Source of the DNA: an uncultured bacterium
GTDB taxonomy: Bacteria; UBP14; UBA6098; B30-G16
Assembly: GCA_965552135.1 (NCBI GenBank)
Contig: CBEVQY010000002.1
Location: 32,001-96,000, forward strand
Direction: 5' to 3'
DNA: 64,000 nt
In this document: positions 56,493 to 64,000 of the stretch, piece by piece
Layout of the letters: each line of letters starts with the position of its first letter
Numbering within the stretch: position 1 is the stretch's first letter
Program-made: the position numbers and the translations under genes
Notes under the pieces: model-generated
The model's input: the letters and a program-made list of their open reading frames with translations, nothing else
Told to the model about the DNA's origin: nothing
Database searches by the model: none

Positions 56493-57752
56493 TCAGAGGA
56501 AGCGCCTGGGGTCAACTATCTTTCCTGCGATAGCCGATGCGGCAGCCGTTGCGGGGGAGCCCAGGAAGATGAACCCCTCGGGGTTGCCCATTCTGCCGTG
56601 GAAGTTTCTGTTTTGGGTCGACAGGCACTTTTCGCCGTCGGCGAGGACGCCTTCGTGAACGCCGACGCAGGGACCGCACCCGGGTGCCAGAACGGCGCCG
56701 CCAGCCTCGACGAATATCTCCAAAAGCCCCTCGCGCAGCGCCTGCAGGAAAACCTCGCGCGAGGCTGGAACAACGATGAGTCTGACGTCGGGATGAACGT
56801 GCTTGCCCTTGAGGATCTGCGCGGCAACGCGAAGATCGGATATCCTGCCGTTGGTGCAGGTGCCGATGAAAACCTGGTCGATCCTTATGTCCTCCTCCTC
56901 CGCCTCGCGCGCGGTCTTCGTGTTGTCGACGGTGTGGGGGAAGGAGACAGTGGGCTCGATCTTAGAGAGGTCGAACTCGTAGGTCTTCTCGAAGTAGGCG
57001 TCGGGGTCGGATTCTATCTTGCGGAACTTATCGCCCCGGCCTCGGGACTCGAGGTAGGCTTTGGTCACCTCGTCGGTGGGGAAAAGTCCCGTTTTGCCGC
57101 CCGCCTCTATCGCCATGTTGGCGATGGTGAAGCGCGATTCTATATCGAGCGCCTCTGCTCCGTCGCCCACAAACTCCATCGCCTTGTACGTCGCTCCGTC
57201 GGCGCCTATCGTGCCTATGATGTGGAGGATGACGTCCTTGGCGAAGACCCCATCGGGAAGCTTTCCCTTAAGGACGAACCTGTGCGTCTGGGGGACTCTG
57301 AACCACGTTTTTCCCAGCGCGAAAGCGAGGGCGACGTCGGTGGATCCCATCCCCGTGGCGAAGGCTCCCAGCGCGCCCGAGGTGCATGTGTGCGAATCGG
57401 CGCCGACAACGATCTCGCCGGGATTTACGTAGCTTTCCACAAGCCTCTGGTGGCACACGCCATCGCCCACGTCCGAGACGACCGCACCCGTCTTTTTGGC
57501 GAACTCGCGCAGCATCTTGTGGGCGTTGGAAAGCTCCTTGCGCGGGCTGGGAGCTGCGTGGTCGATGAAGAGAATCTTCCTTTCGGGATCAACGACCTTA
57601 ACGAGGTTCATCTTCTCAAGCTCCTGGACCGAAAGCGGTCCTGTCCCGTCCTGGACCATTGCGACGTCGACAGGCGCAACAACGAGCTCGTCGGCGCTGA
57701 CATCACGACCAAGATGCTCCGAAAAGATCTTCTCCGAAATCGTCTTCCCCAT
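56493..57752 (-). CDS. leuC: Aconitase-family large subunit (LeuC/HacA/DmdA type)
   Basis: TISEKI, QDGTGP, DH, GVCHQ, GADSHTCT.GA, FIGTCTNGR, PGCGPC.G, STQNRNF.GRMG, SPATAAASA; all three Fe-S Cys ligands present. Confidence 0.92.
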   Translation of the reverse strand: MGKTISEKIFSEHLGRDVSADELVVAPVDVAMVQDGTGPLSVQELEKMNLVKVVDPERKILFIDHAAPSPRKELSNAHKMLREFAKKTGAVVSDVGDGVCHQRLVESYVNPGEIVVGADSHTCTSGALGAFATGMGSTDVALAFALGKTWFRVPQTHRFVLKGKLPDGVFAKDVILHIIGTIGADGATYKAMEFVGDGAEALDIESRFTIANMAIEAGGKTGLFPTDEVTKAYLESRGRGDKFRKIESDPDAYFEKTYEFDLSKIEPTVSFPHTVDNTKTAREAEEEDIRIDQVFIGTCTNGRISDLRVAAQILKGKHVHPDVRLIVVPASREVFLQALREGLLEIFVEAGGAVLAPGCGPCVGVHEGVLADGEKCLSTQNRNFHGRMGNPEGFIFLGSPATAAASAIAGKIVDPRRFL

Positions 57753-57833
57753 AGCTCCTCTCCTTGCTTTGACCACCCAATTTCGAAAGCTAACCGCCTA
57801 TGCCCCTGGGCGCAAGGCGTTTGATGTCAGGTC

Positions 57834-59324
57834 CTATCGCACGACACAAAGCCTTTTGCGCACAAAGCGCCCCCTTCTGGTCACAAGCTCTGCGACGTAG
57901 AGCCCTGTGGGCAGGTCACCAAGCTTTACGCGCAACTCGCCCAAAACGGGTCGCCTTACGACCTCGCGACCGAGTATGTCGTAGATCCTCGCTGTTCCGG
58001 CGGGCGCCCTGAAGACGACCTGCTCGCCCGTCGCGAAAAGCCCCGGCGCACCCCCCAGATCACCGCCATCGGAAACCCCGGCAAGCTCGAAGGGCGCGTC
58101 CAAAACGGTGTTGTGCCCTGGCTCGATCACGACGTCGGAAAAGACAAGCTCGAGGGTATCGTAGCTTACGCGCACGGTGTACTCCCCGGGCTCGAGGAAG
58201 CGATGGTAGATCCCCTGGAAGCTGCAGGTTCGCGGGGGGAAAGTTGTGTCGGTCACGCCCTCCACGACGACCACAGCGGGCAGCGGCTCGCCGGTTCCTG
58301 CATCGTAGGCGCGAACCAAAAGACCCTTCTCGAACATCCTGTCGAACACGTAGAAGATGCCCCTGCCAACCCTCGCGGCTATCGTGTCGATCGTATCGCC
58401 GTGCCAAAAGCACTTGTTCGTTATCTCCATAAGGATCGCGCAGCAGCCGGTGTACCAGTAGGCCCACGTTTGCAGCTTGGGCTTTGTGTTGTATGCGGCG
58501 CGGCATTCGTAGTGCTCGCCCGCAACCTCCGTCTCGGTGTTGTCGGCAAGATCCCAGGCAACCAGGGCATAGTGGGGGTAACCCTCACCGTGGTACGATC
58601 CTGCATCGACGTCCCACCAGCAGAACCAAAGCTTGTTGCCGCCCATAGAGTCGGGCGAGTGGAGATCGAGGACAACGGAGGGTCTGTAGTAGTCTATAAG
58701 GTCCCTAAGGACGACAGCCTCCTGCTCCGACCAGGGGTATGGTCCCTTGTAGTTTTCGCTTTGGGGGTCGGTGACGTCGTATTCGTCCCATCTGAACTCG
58801 TAGTTTCTGTTCGGGTCGACGCCGTCGTAGAGGGTGTCGAAGACGCCGTTTCCGTTGTTGTCGCGCTTGTTTTTGCGCCAATGGATGGTGTGCTGAGGTC
58901 CTTCGGTCATCACAACCTGCCTGCCCTCGGGGTTGTCGACGGGGATGAGCCATATCTGCAGCGAATCGAGCCACTTCGTCACCCTCTCATCCACGCCGTA
59001 GTGGGATGTGAGGTACCGCAGCAGCCACATCACGACCTCGGTTCCCGCGGGCTCCCTTGCGTGCTGACCGCCAACCAAAAGTACGCACGGCTCGGGCTCG
59101 TCGAGCGACGCGTTGTCGGAAAGCCTCACTCCCACGATGGGAAGGCTATCCTGCGTGCTCTGTCCCAGGGTCTCGACATGGCATATCGACGGGAACTCGT
59201 CCGCCAGCTCGCCCACTTCGCTTAGGACTTCGTCGTAGGTGTGGTATCGCGGGTCGACCTCGGGTGGCTGCGCCAAAACCGCCGAAAACAAAAGCACACC
59301 AACCACACCAAAAAGGCGGACCAT
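57834..59324 (-). CDS. Secreted M14 zinc carboxypeptidase with carboxypeptidase regulatory-like and T9SS-type C-terminal domains
   Basis: Signal peptide; YHTYDEV, GQHARE, NPEG, WRKN, GVDPNRNY, DLHS, MEI; C-terminal IYDILGREV...LPTGLY. Confidence 0.92.
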   Translation of the reverse strand: MVRLFGVVGVLLFSAVLAQPPEVDPRYHTYDEVLSEVGELADEFPSICHVETLGQSTQDSLPIVGVRLSDNASLDEPEPCVLLVGGQHAREPAGTEVVMWLLRYLTSHYGVDERVTKWLDSLQIWLIPVDNPEGRQVVMTEGPQHTIHWRKNKRDNNGNGVFDTLYDGVDPNRNYEFRWDEYDVTDPQSENYKGPYPWSEQEAVVLRDLIDYYRPSVVLDLHSPDSMGGNKLWFCWWDVDAGSYHGEGYPHYALVAWDLADNTETEVAGEHYECRAAYNTKPKLQTWAYWYTGCCAILMEITNKCFWHGDTIDTIAARVGRGIFYVFDRMFEKGLLVRAYDAGTGEPLPAVVVVEGVTDTTFPPRTCSFQGIYHRFLEPGEYTVRVSYDTLELVFSDVVIEPGHNTVLDAPFELAGVSDGGDLGGAPGLFATGEQVVFRAPAGTARIYDILGREVVRRPVLGELRVKLGDLPTGLYVAELVTRRGRFVRKRLCVVR

Positions 59325-59335
59325 CCCAAAGCCCC

Positions 59336-59836
59336 CTATTTGCCGAACCTTGCGCCGAAAAGCAACGAAAACCCGAAGTTGGTTATGCTGTAGCCGCTTG
59401 CGGAGGCGATGGCAAGGGCTATTTGCATCTCTGCGTAGGGTCTTATGGGCATCTCCCGCAAAAGCACTTCGACTCCTCCGCCCAGGTCGAATCCGAAAGA
59501 GGTTGTGCCCGACCCCGCGCCTATCCTCACTCCGCCAGCCACAAACGGCTTGATGCTCTGAACGCGCCGCATGAAGTAGACGAGATCAAAGGCAGAGCCC
59601 GTTCCGAGCAGGAAAGAAGTCGAGCTTCCCGCATAAAGGTTCATCAGGCTTGCACGGGCATAAAGCGAGCGGTAGACCGGGACCATCCCCTCAAAAGTCA
59701 TTGTAAACCCGACCTCCGAGTCGCTGGAGCCGTCGATGCTTGTGGTCATAAGCTGCATTCCGACCCCGCCTCCGGCGACAAGCCCGCCGCAAAACGCCGC
59801 AGACACCAAAAGAAGCACAGACAAAAAAGCCCTCAT
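59336..59836 (-). CDS. Small outer-membrane beta-barrel protein
   Basis: Signal peptide; alternating beta strands (IKPFVAGGVRI, FDLGGGVE); terminal LLFGARF. Confidence 0.75.
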   Translation of the reverse strand: MRAFLSVLLLVSAAFCGGLVAGGGVGMQLMTTSIDGSSDSEVGFTMTFEGMVPVYRSLYARASLMNLYAGSSTSFLLGTGSAFDLVYFMRRVQSIKPFVAGGVRIGAGSGTTSFGFDLGGGVEVLLREMPIRPYAEMQIALAIASASGYSITNFGFSLLFGARFGK

Positions 59837-59902
59837 AACGCTACCCCCAAGCTTTCGGGACTACCTAACGTTAAAAATTTGGCAGCTGTGGCGCAACCCT
59901 TT

Positions 59903-61060
59903 TTAGATAACCTCGACGACTTCGCCGTCGCGCACGTAAACTCGCCTGACGCGCTCCGATATGCCGGTGAGGATTTCGTAGTTTATCGTATGAGCCCACC
60001 TTGCGTGGTCGTCGGCGGTAATGCGTTCGGTGCCCTGCCTGCCTATTATGACGACCTCGTCGTCGAGCTCGACCTCCTCGTCGACCTCGACCATCGTGGT
60101 GTCCATGCACACCCTGCCCAGTATCGGTCGCTTTTTCCCCCTGATGAGCACTTCGCCGCGGTTGGAGAGCGCTCTCCTGAGCCCATCGCCGTAGCCGGCG
60201 CGGATCACCGCAACGCATGTGGAGCGACGGGTCACATACGTCCTGCCGTAGCTTATGGACGTCCCCGGCCCGAACCTGCGCAGCTGAACGACACGGGTGC
60301 GAAGCGAAAGCACAGGCTCCACCGAAATGCTGCGACGAACCTCCTGCGACGGGTAAAGTCCATACGCCAATATCCCAGGGCGAACGCAGTTGCCGTATAT
60401 CGGATGTGCCAGGATACCCGCGGAGTTGGATATGTGCACAAGTGGGATATCGATTCCGCCCCTTTTGAGTGTTTCGACGACCTGTGCGAAGCGTCGAAGC
60501 TGCATCCTCGTGAACTCCACGTCGGAGGGGTCGGTGCTGTCGGCGACGGGGAAGTGCGAGAAGACCCCCTCGATCTTCACGTTCGGCAGGCGCGCCATAG
60601 CCGCTATCTCGCCAACGGCGTCGTACCACGGAAAGCCGGTTCTCCCCATACCAGTGTCGACCTCAACGTGGACCCTGACGACCTTGCCCGCCTTCTTCGC
60701 CTCAAGCGACAAAGCCTCCACAAGCGGTCTTGAGACGGCGTTTGGCGAAAGGTCGTGATACACCACAGAGGGCACCTGCTCGAGCGTTGGCGGCGTGAGG
60801 ACTATTATCTCCCCCTCGATTCCCGCGTCGCGCAGCTGAACGCCCTCCACGAGGGTGGCGACGCCAAAGCGCTTCACGCCGTGCCGCTGCGCCTCGCGAC
60901 AGATCGGAACAACACCGTGACCGTAAGCGTTGGCTTTTACGGCAAGTATGATCTCCCTGCCGCCGCACCAGCGGCGAATCGCCTCGAGGTTCCTGCCGAA
61001 AGCGGAAAGATCAACCTCGCAGAAGGTCTCGAGGTAATGTCCGCGTGGGTCGCGCATCAC
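59903..61060 (-). CDS. alr: Alanine racemase
   Basis: AVKANAYGHG (PLP Lys), DTGMGR.G, SHF..AD, HISNSAG, VRPGI..YG, ISYG, GYGDG, GRVCMD, INYEI. Confidence 0.97.
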   Translation of the reverse strand: MMRDPRGHYLETFCEVDLSAFGRNLEAIRRWCGGREIILAVKANAYGHGVVPICREAQRHGVKRFGVATLVEGVQLRDAGIEGEIIVLTPPTLEQVPSVVYHDLSPNAVSRPLVEALSLEAKKAGKVVRVHVEVDTGMGRTGFPWYDAVGEIAAMARLPNVKIEGVFSHFPVADSTDPSDVEFTRMQLRRFAQVVETLKRGGIDIPLVHISNSAGILAHPIYGNCVRPGILAYGLYPSQEVRRSISVEPVLSLRTRVVQLRRFGPGTSISYGRTYVTRRSTCVAVIRAGYGDGLRRALSNRGEVLIRGKKRPILGRVCMDTTMVEVDEEVELDDEVVIIGRQGTERITADDHARWAHTINYEILTGISERVRRVYVRDGEVVEVI

Positions 61061-61112
61061 AAAAATTTAAGGCAACACAAAGCCTTCGAAAACGTTTTGT
61101 TGCAAAACCGAT

Positions 61113-61140
61113 TTGCCACAAAAACACAACAAGCTATATT
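61113..61140 (+). promoter_or_regulatory. Putative promoter of the MBL-ompA-DUF4139 run
   Basis: TTGCCA, 16 bp spacer, TATATT; GGAGGTG RBS before GTG 61168. Confidence 0.5.
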
Positions 61141-61167
61141 TGAACCAAACAAAGCGGGAGGTGAACG

Positions 61168-61788
61168 GTGAAGCTTGTGTGGCTGGGGCATGCGGCGTTT
61201 CTGCTGCAGGGAAAGAAAAACGTATACATCGACCCCTACAACCTGGTGGGTGATCTGCCAAAGGCGGACGTGGTCCTCATCACACATCCCCACTTCGACC
61301 ACTGTTCGCCCGATGACGTCGCCAAGATTTCGTCTGAGCGCACTGTGGCGGTTGCGCCCCGGGGCTGCTCGGTAAATCTTCAGACCACCTTCGTGCAGCC
61401 CGGCGACGAGCTTGTCTTCGATGAAGTCGTGGTGAAGGCTGTGCCTGCGTACAACGTCGGAAAAAACTTCCACACGAAGGCGAACAACTGGGTCGGCTAC
61501 ATAGTCCGGATGGGCGGGATAAGTGTGTATCACGCGGGTGATACCGACGTCATCCCCGAGATGGACGGTCTTTCGGTGGACGTTGCGCTCCTTCCGGTCG
61601 GTGGAACGTACACGATGGACTGGTCCGAGGCTCTCAGAGCGGTCGAGATGATAAAGCCCAAGGTCGCGGTTCCCATGCACTACGGCAGCGTGGCAGGAAG
61701 CACCACCGACGCACTCAACTTCTGCAACAAGTGCCCCACAGAGTGCAAGGTCCTCGAGCAGAACCGCCCCTGGGAGATCGAGCTTTAG
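61168..61788 (+). CDS. MBL-fold metallo-hydrolase
   Basis: WLGHA, IDPY, THPHFDH, YHAGDT, LPVGG.YTM, PMHYG. Confidence 0.93.
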   Translation: MKLVWLGHAAFLLQGKKNVYIDPYNLVGDLPKADVVLITHPHFDHCSPDDVAKISSERTVAVAPRGCSVNLQTTFVQPGDELVFDEVVVKAVPAYNVGKNFHTKANNWVGYIVRMGGISVYHAGDTDVIPEMDGLSVDVALLPVGGTYTMDWSEALRAVEMIKPKVAVPMHYGSVAGSTTDALNFCNKCPTECKVLEQNRPWEIEL

Positions 61789-61791
61789 GTC

Positions 61792-63063
61792 ATGCGGGGG
61801 ATTTTGGCGAAAACGCTTCTTCTGGCGCTTTGGTGTGGGCTTGCGCATTCCGCACAGCTTTGCCCCACCCTCTCAGTCGGCGCAGGGCTGACCGAAAGCG
61901 CCCAAAAGCACATCTGGACGCTCCAGCTGCTCTGCCCCGTAGGTCGGGGGATCGCGGTCGGAGCGAAGATTTCGCTCCAAAGCCAGAAGGAGCTGGGCGC
62001 ATACGCGCTCTGCGCCCCGCAACCGTTTGGGGGGAGGAGGGTCAAGCTCCTTTTGCCCGTCTGGTTCGGCGCGAGGGTCCCCATCGGCGGAAGGCTAAGC
62101 TCCGCGGACGCGGACCTCGCCCTGGGAGCGCAGACCGAGCTCTACCTCACCCCGCAGATCTTCGCCCAGCTCGGCGGCGCCTTCGCGCTGCTGGAGAAGG
62201 GATATGAGGTCGGCGTTTCGCTGGGGTATCGCTTCAACTTCCCCGACGCCGACGGCGACTGGATTTCGGACGGAGACGACAGATGTCCGAACACGCCCCG
62301 GGGCGCAAGAGTAGACGACCGCGGCTGCGGCATCGACAGCGACGGAGACGGGGTATACGACGGGCTTGACCGCTGCCCCCAAACCCCGCTTGCTGCGCTT
62401 GTCGATTCGCTCGGCTGCCCAAGGGACTCCGACGGTGACGGTGTATACGACGGCGCCGATAGGTGTCCCGAGACACCCCGCGACATTCCAGTCGACACAA
62501 CGGGCTGCCCAAAGGACACAGACGGAGACGGCGTGCCCGACTACGCCGATTCGTGTAGCCAAACGCCCAAAGGCGCCGTGGTGGACCGAGCGGGCTGCCC
62601 CATAGACACAGACGAAGACGGCGTGCCCGACGGAATAGACCAGTGCGACGGCACACCCACGGGCTTCGAGGTCGATAGGTTCGGCTGCCCAAAGGTGCCG
62701 ATGCTGAACGGCGAAACGGTCCACAACCTGTTCGACGACGCGCTCGAACTCACCGCATTCGCGCTGAACCACCTGCAGCGCATCGCAAAAAGGATTAGGG
62801 CGTATCCCGACAGGAAGACTGTGATAGAAGTTTACACCGACACCGAGGGGAGCTTTCAGTACAACCGCAACCGCGCCCGCGCGGTGGGGAGGAAGATAGT
62901 CGACTTCCTCGAAAGCCAGGGCGTCGACCCCGACTGCGTCGAGATTGTGCCTATGGGCGAAAAGGATCCCGTCGCGCGCGGCTGGTCGGCGCAGGCAAAG
63001 CGCAAAAACAGAAGAGCCGTATTCTACATGCGCAAGCCCGAAGCACAAAAAGCGGGGGGATAA
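61792..63063 (+). CDS. OmpA family protein with thrombospondin type 3 Ca-binding repeats
   Basis: Signal peptide, N-terminal barrel ending LGYRF, five 30-aa D.DGDGV.D..D.CP repeats, OmpA_C-like domain (YTD..G...YN, GEKDP, NRR). Confidence 0.88.
   Translation: MRGILAKTLLLALWCGLAHSAQLCPTLSVGAGLTESAQKHIWTLQLLCPVGRGIAVGAKISLQSQKELGAYALCAPQPFGGRRVKLLLPVWFGARVPIGGRLSSADADLALGAQTELYLTPQIFAQLGGAFALLEKGYEVGVSLGYRFNFPDADGDWISDGDDRCPNTPRGARVDDRGCGIDSDGDGVYDGLDRCPQTPLAALVDSLGCPRDSDGDGVYDGADRCPETPRDIPVDTTGCPKDTDGDGVPDYADSCSQTPKGAVVDRAGCPIDTDEDGVPDGIDQCDGTPTGFEVDRFGCPKVPMLNGETVHNLFDDALELTAFALNHLQRIAKRIRAYPDRKTVIEVYTDTEGSFQYNRNRARAVGRKIVDFLESQGVDPDCVEIVPMGEKDPVARGWSAQAKRKNRRAVFYMRKPEAQKAGG
62245..62691 (+). 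repeat. Intragenic 90-bp coding repeats (TSP3), five units
   Basis: DADGDWISDGDDRCP, DSDGDGVYDGLDRCP, DSDGDGVYDGADRCP, DTDGDGVPDYADSCS, DTDEDGVPDGIDQCD at 30-aa period. Confidence 0.85.
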
Positions 63064-63065
63064 TT

Positions 63066-64000
63066 ATGTCGACCTACAGGAGGGTGCTTTTCGCAGTGCA
63101 GGCGCTTGCCCTCATCGCCTGCCTCGGGGCAGAAACGCTTGATCCGGTCAGGGTTTACATCGGCGAGAAAAGCGCGCCGCTTAGGACAAAAAGCGTCGTC
63201 GTCTTCCCTCAGGGAGCCGTCGTCGAACGCAGCGGGAAGATAAACATACCCGCCGGGGAGACCAAGATCGTAGTGAAGTATCTGCCGCAGCGCGTCGACG
63301 AAAACTCCATCCGCGTCGCAGTATCTGGAATCGCGGGCGGAGGCGTGGGCGGCGTCGAGGTCTTCCTCGACAAGTTCATCCCAAAGCCCATAAAGCAGCT
63401 CCGCGACTCGATCCAAAAGCTCGACGACAGACTCGACGAGCTCAAATCGGCAGAGGAGGGCATAAAGCTTCGGCAGAAGTTTTTGGAGTCGATCGCTTCC
63501 CTCGGCGGCGTTGAGCAGAGCCAAAGCAGGCTTTTGCTTTCGCCGCAGAACTTCGCCGCCACGGCGCGGTTCATCGAAAGCCAGTACGACGAGCTTATCG
63601 CCGCAAGCACGAAGATAAAGCGCGAGCGCCGCAGGGTGCAGGAGATAAGATCAAAGCTAAAGGAGCAGCTGGACAGGATGACGGGCGCAGTGCTGGGCAG
63701 GGGATATCGGGTCGAGGTACCTGTGTGGTCTTCGGGCGGCGCGGCTACGGTCGTTGTGCGCTATACCGTAAGCGGCGCAGGATGGACGCCCCAGTACGAC
63801 GCAAAGTACGACGAAAAAACCGGCAAGGTCGAGCTCGTCTACTACGGAACGGTGTCGCAGAGCACGGGCGAGGACTGGAGCAAGGTCAAACTAACCCTCT
63901 CGACGACACAGCCCCGGGCTGGAACCGAGCCGCCTGAGCTTTCGATCTGGTATTTGCGCAAGCGCACTCCCCGCAGGCTCCCGCCCCGTCCGCGTGGCGC
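63066..64000 (+). CDS. DUF4140/DUF4139 (mucoidy inhibitor MuiA-like) exported protein, 3'-truncated by window edge
   Basis: Absent from the ORF track (no stop in window). My translation from ATG 63066 gives a signal peptide, VVVFPQGAVVER, LP..VDENSIRV, a coiled coil, WTPQYD, and VSQSTGEDWSKVKLTLST. Confidence 0.88.
   Translation, partial: MSTYRRVLFAVQALALIACLGAETLDPVRVYIGEKSAPLRTKSVVVFPQGAVVERSGKINIPAGETKIVVKYLPQRVDENSIRVAVSGIAGGGVGGVEVFLDKFIPKPIKQLRDSIQKLDDRLDELKSAEEGIKLRQKFLESIASLGGVEQSQSRLLLSPQNFAATARFIESQYDELIAASTKIKRERRRVQEIRSKLKEQLDRMTGAVLGRGYRVEVPVWSSGGAATVVVRYTVSGAGWTPQYDAKYDEKTGKVELVYYGTVSQSTGEDWSKVKLTLSTTQPRAGTEPPELSIWYLRKRTPRRLPPRPRG

Noticed and set aside
55610..56533. 307-aa plus-strand ORF across the leuD-leuC gap
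   Set aside because: It has no motifs and overlaps leuD antisense; the minus strand explains the region as a pseudogene.
59057..60733. 558-aa plus-strand ORF
   Set aside because: It is antisense to alr, the beta-barrel gene and the carboxypeptidase, all of which have clear motifs.
1..64000. tRNA, rRNA, riboswitch, IS element or reverse-transcriptase systems
   Set aside because: None was recognised by eye in the short intergenic regions or the ORF set; a covariance-model scan would be needed to exclude small RNAs.

Overview
A GC-rich, gene-dense 64 kb bacterial chromosome segment with about 50 CDS. I found no rRNA, tRNA, CRISPR array or intact mobile element. LptF, OmpA and beta-barrel genes, a PorV-like protein and five proteins with T9SS/FlgD-type C-terminal sorting domains suggest a diderm of the FCB superphylum, probably an uncultured anaerobe (inference). 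Housekeeping and accessory genes include rluD, rho, argS, rsfS, xerC, gyrA, icd, alr, sbcD, a LeuC/LeuD-type aconitase-family pair, a NifX/DUF5320/4Fe-4S ATPase cluster, signalling genes (hybrid histidine kinase, adenylate cyclase-TPR, GGDEF) and a ferredoxin-fused geranylgeranyl reductase. The most notable feature is an 18.5 kb co-directional locus (13653-32223). It encodes two giant acidic Ig/FN3-type proteins with sorting domains, a PorV-like barrel fused to TPRs, an ExbB/MotA with an extra N-terminal exported domain plus a stand-alone membrane-anchored paralog of that domain, two ExbD subunits, a TonB-C-like lipoprotein, a TPR-PEGA-NHL protein and a TPR protein. This is a candidate proton-motive-force-driven secretion, surface-display or gliding machine. 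Several proteins appear catalytically degenerate, and a decayed tail-fibre/S74-chaperone gene sits between leuC and leuD. All calls come from motif recognition by eye; no database search was run.
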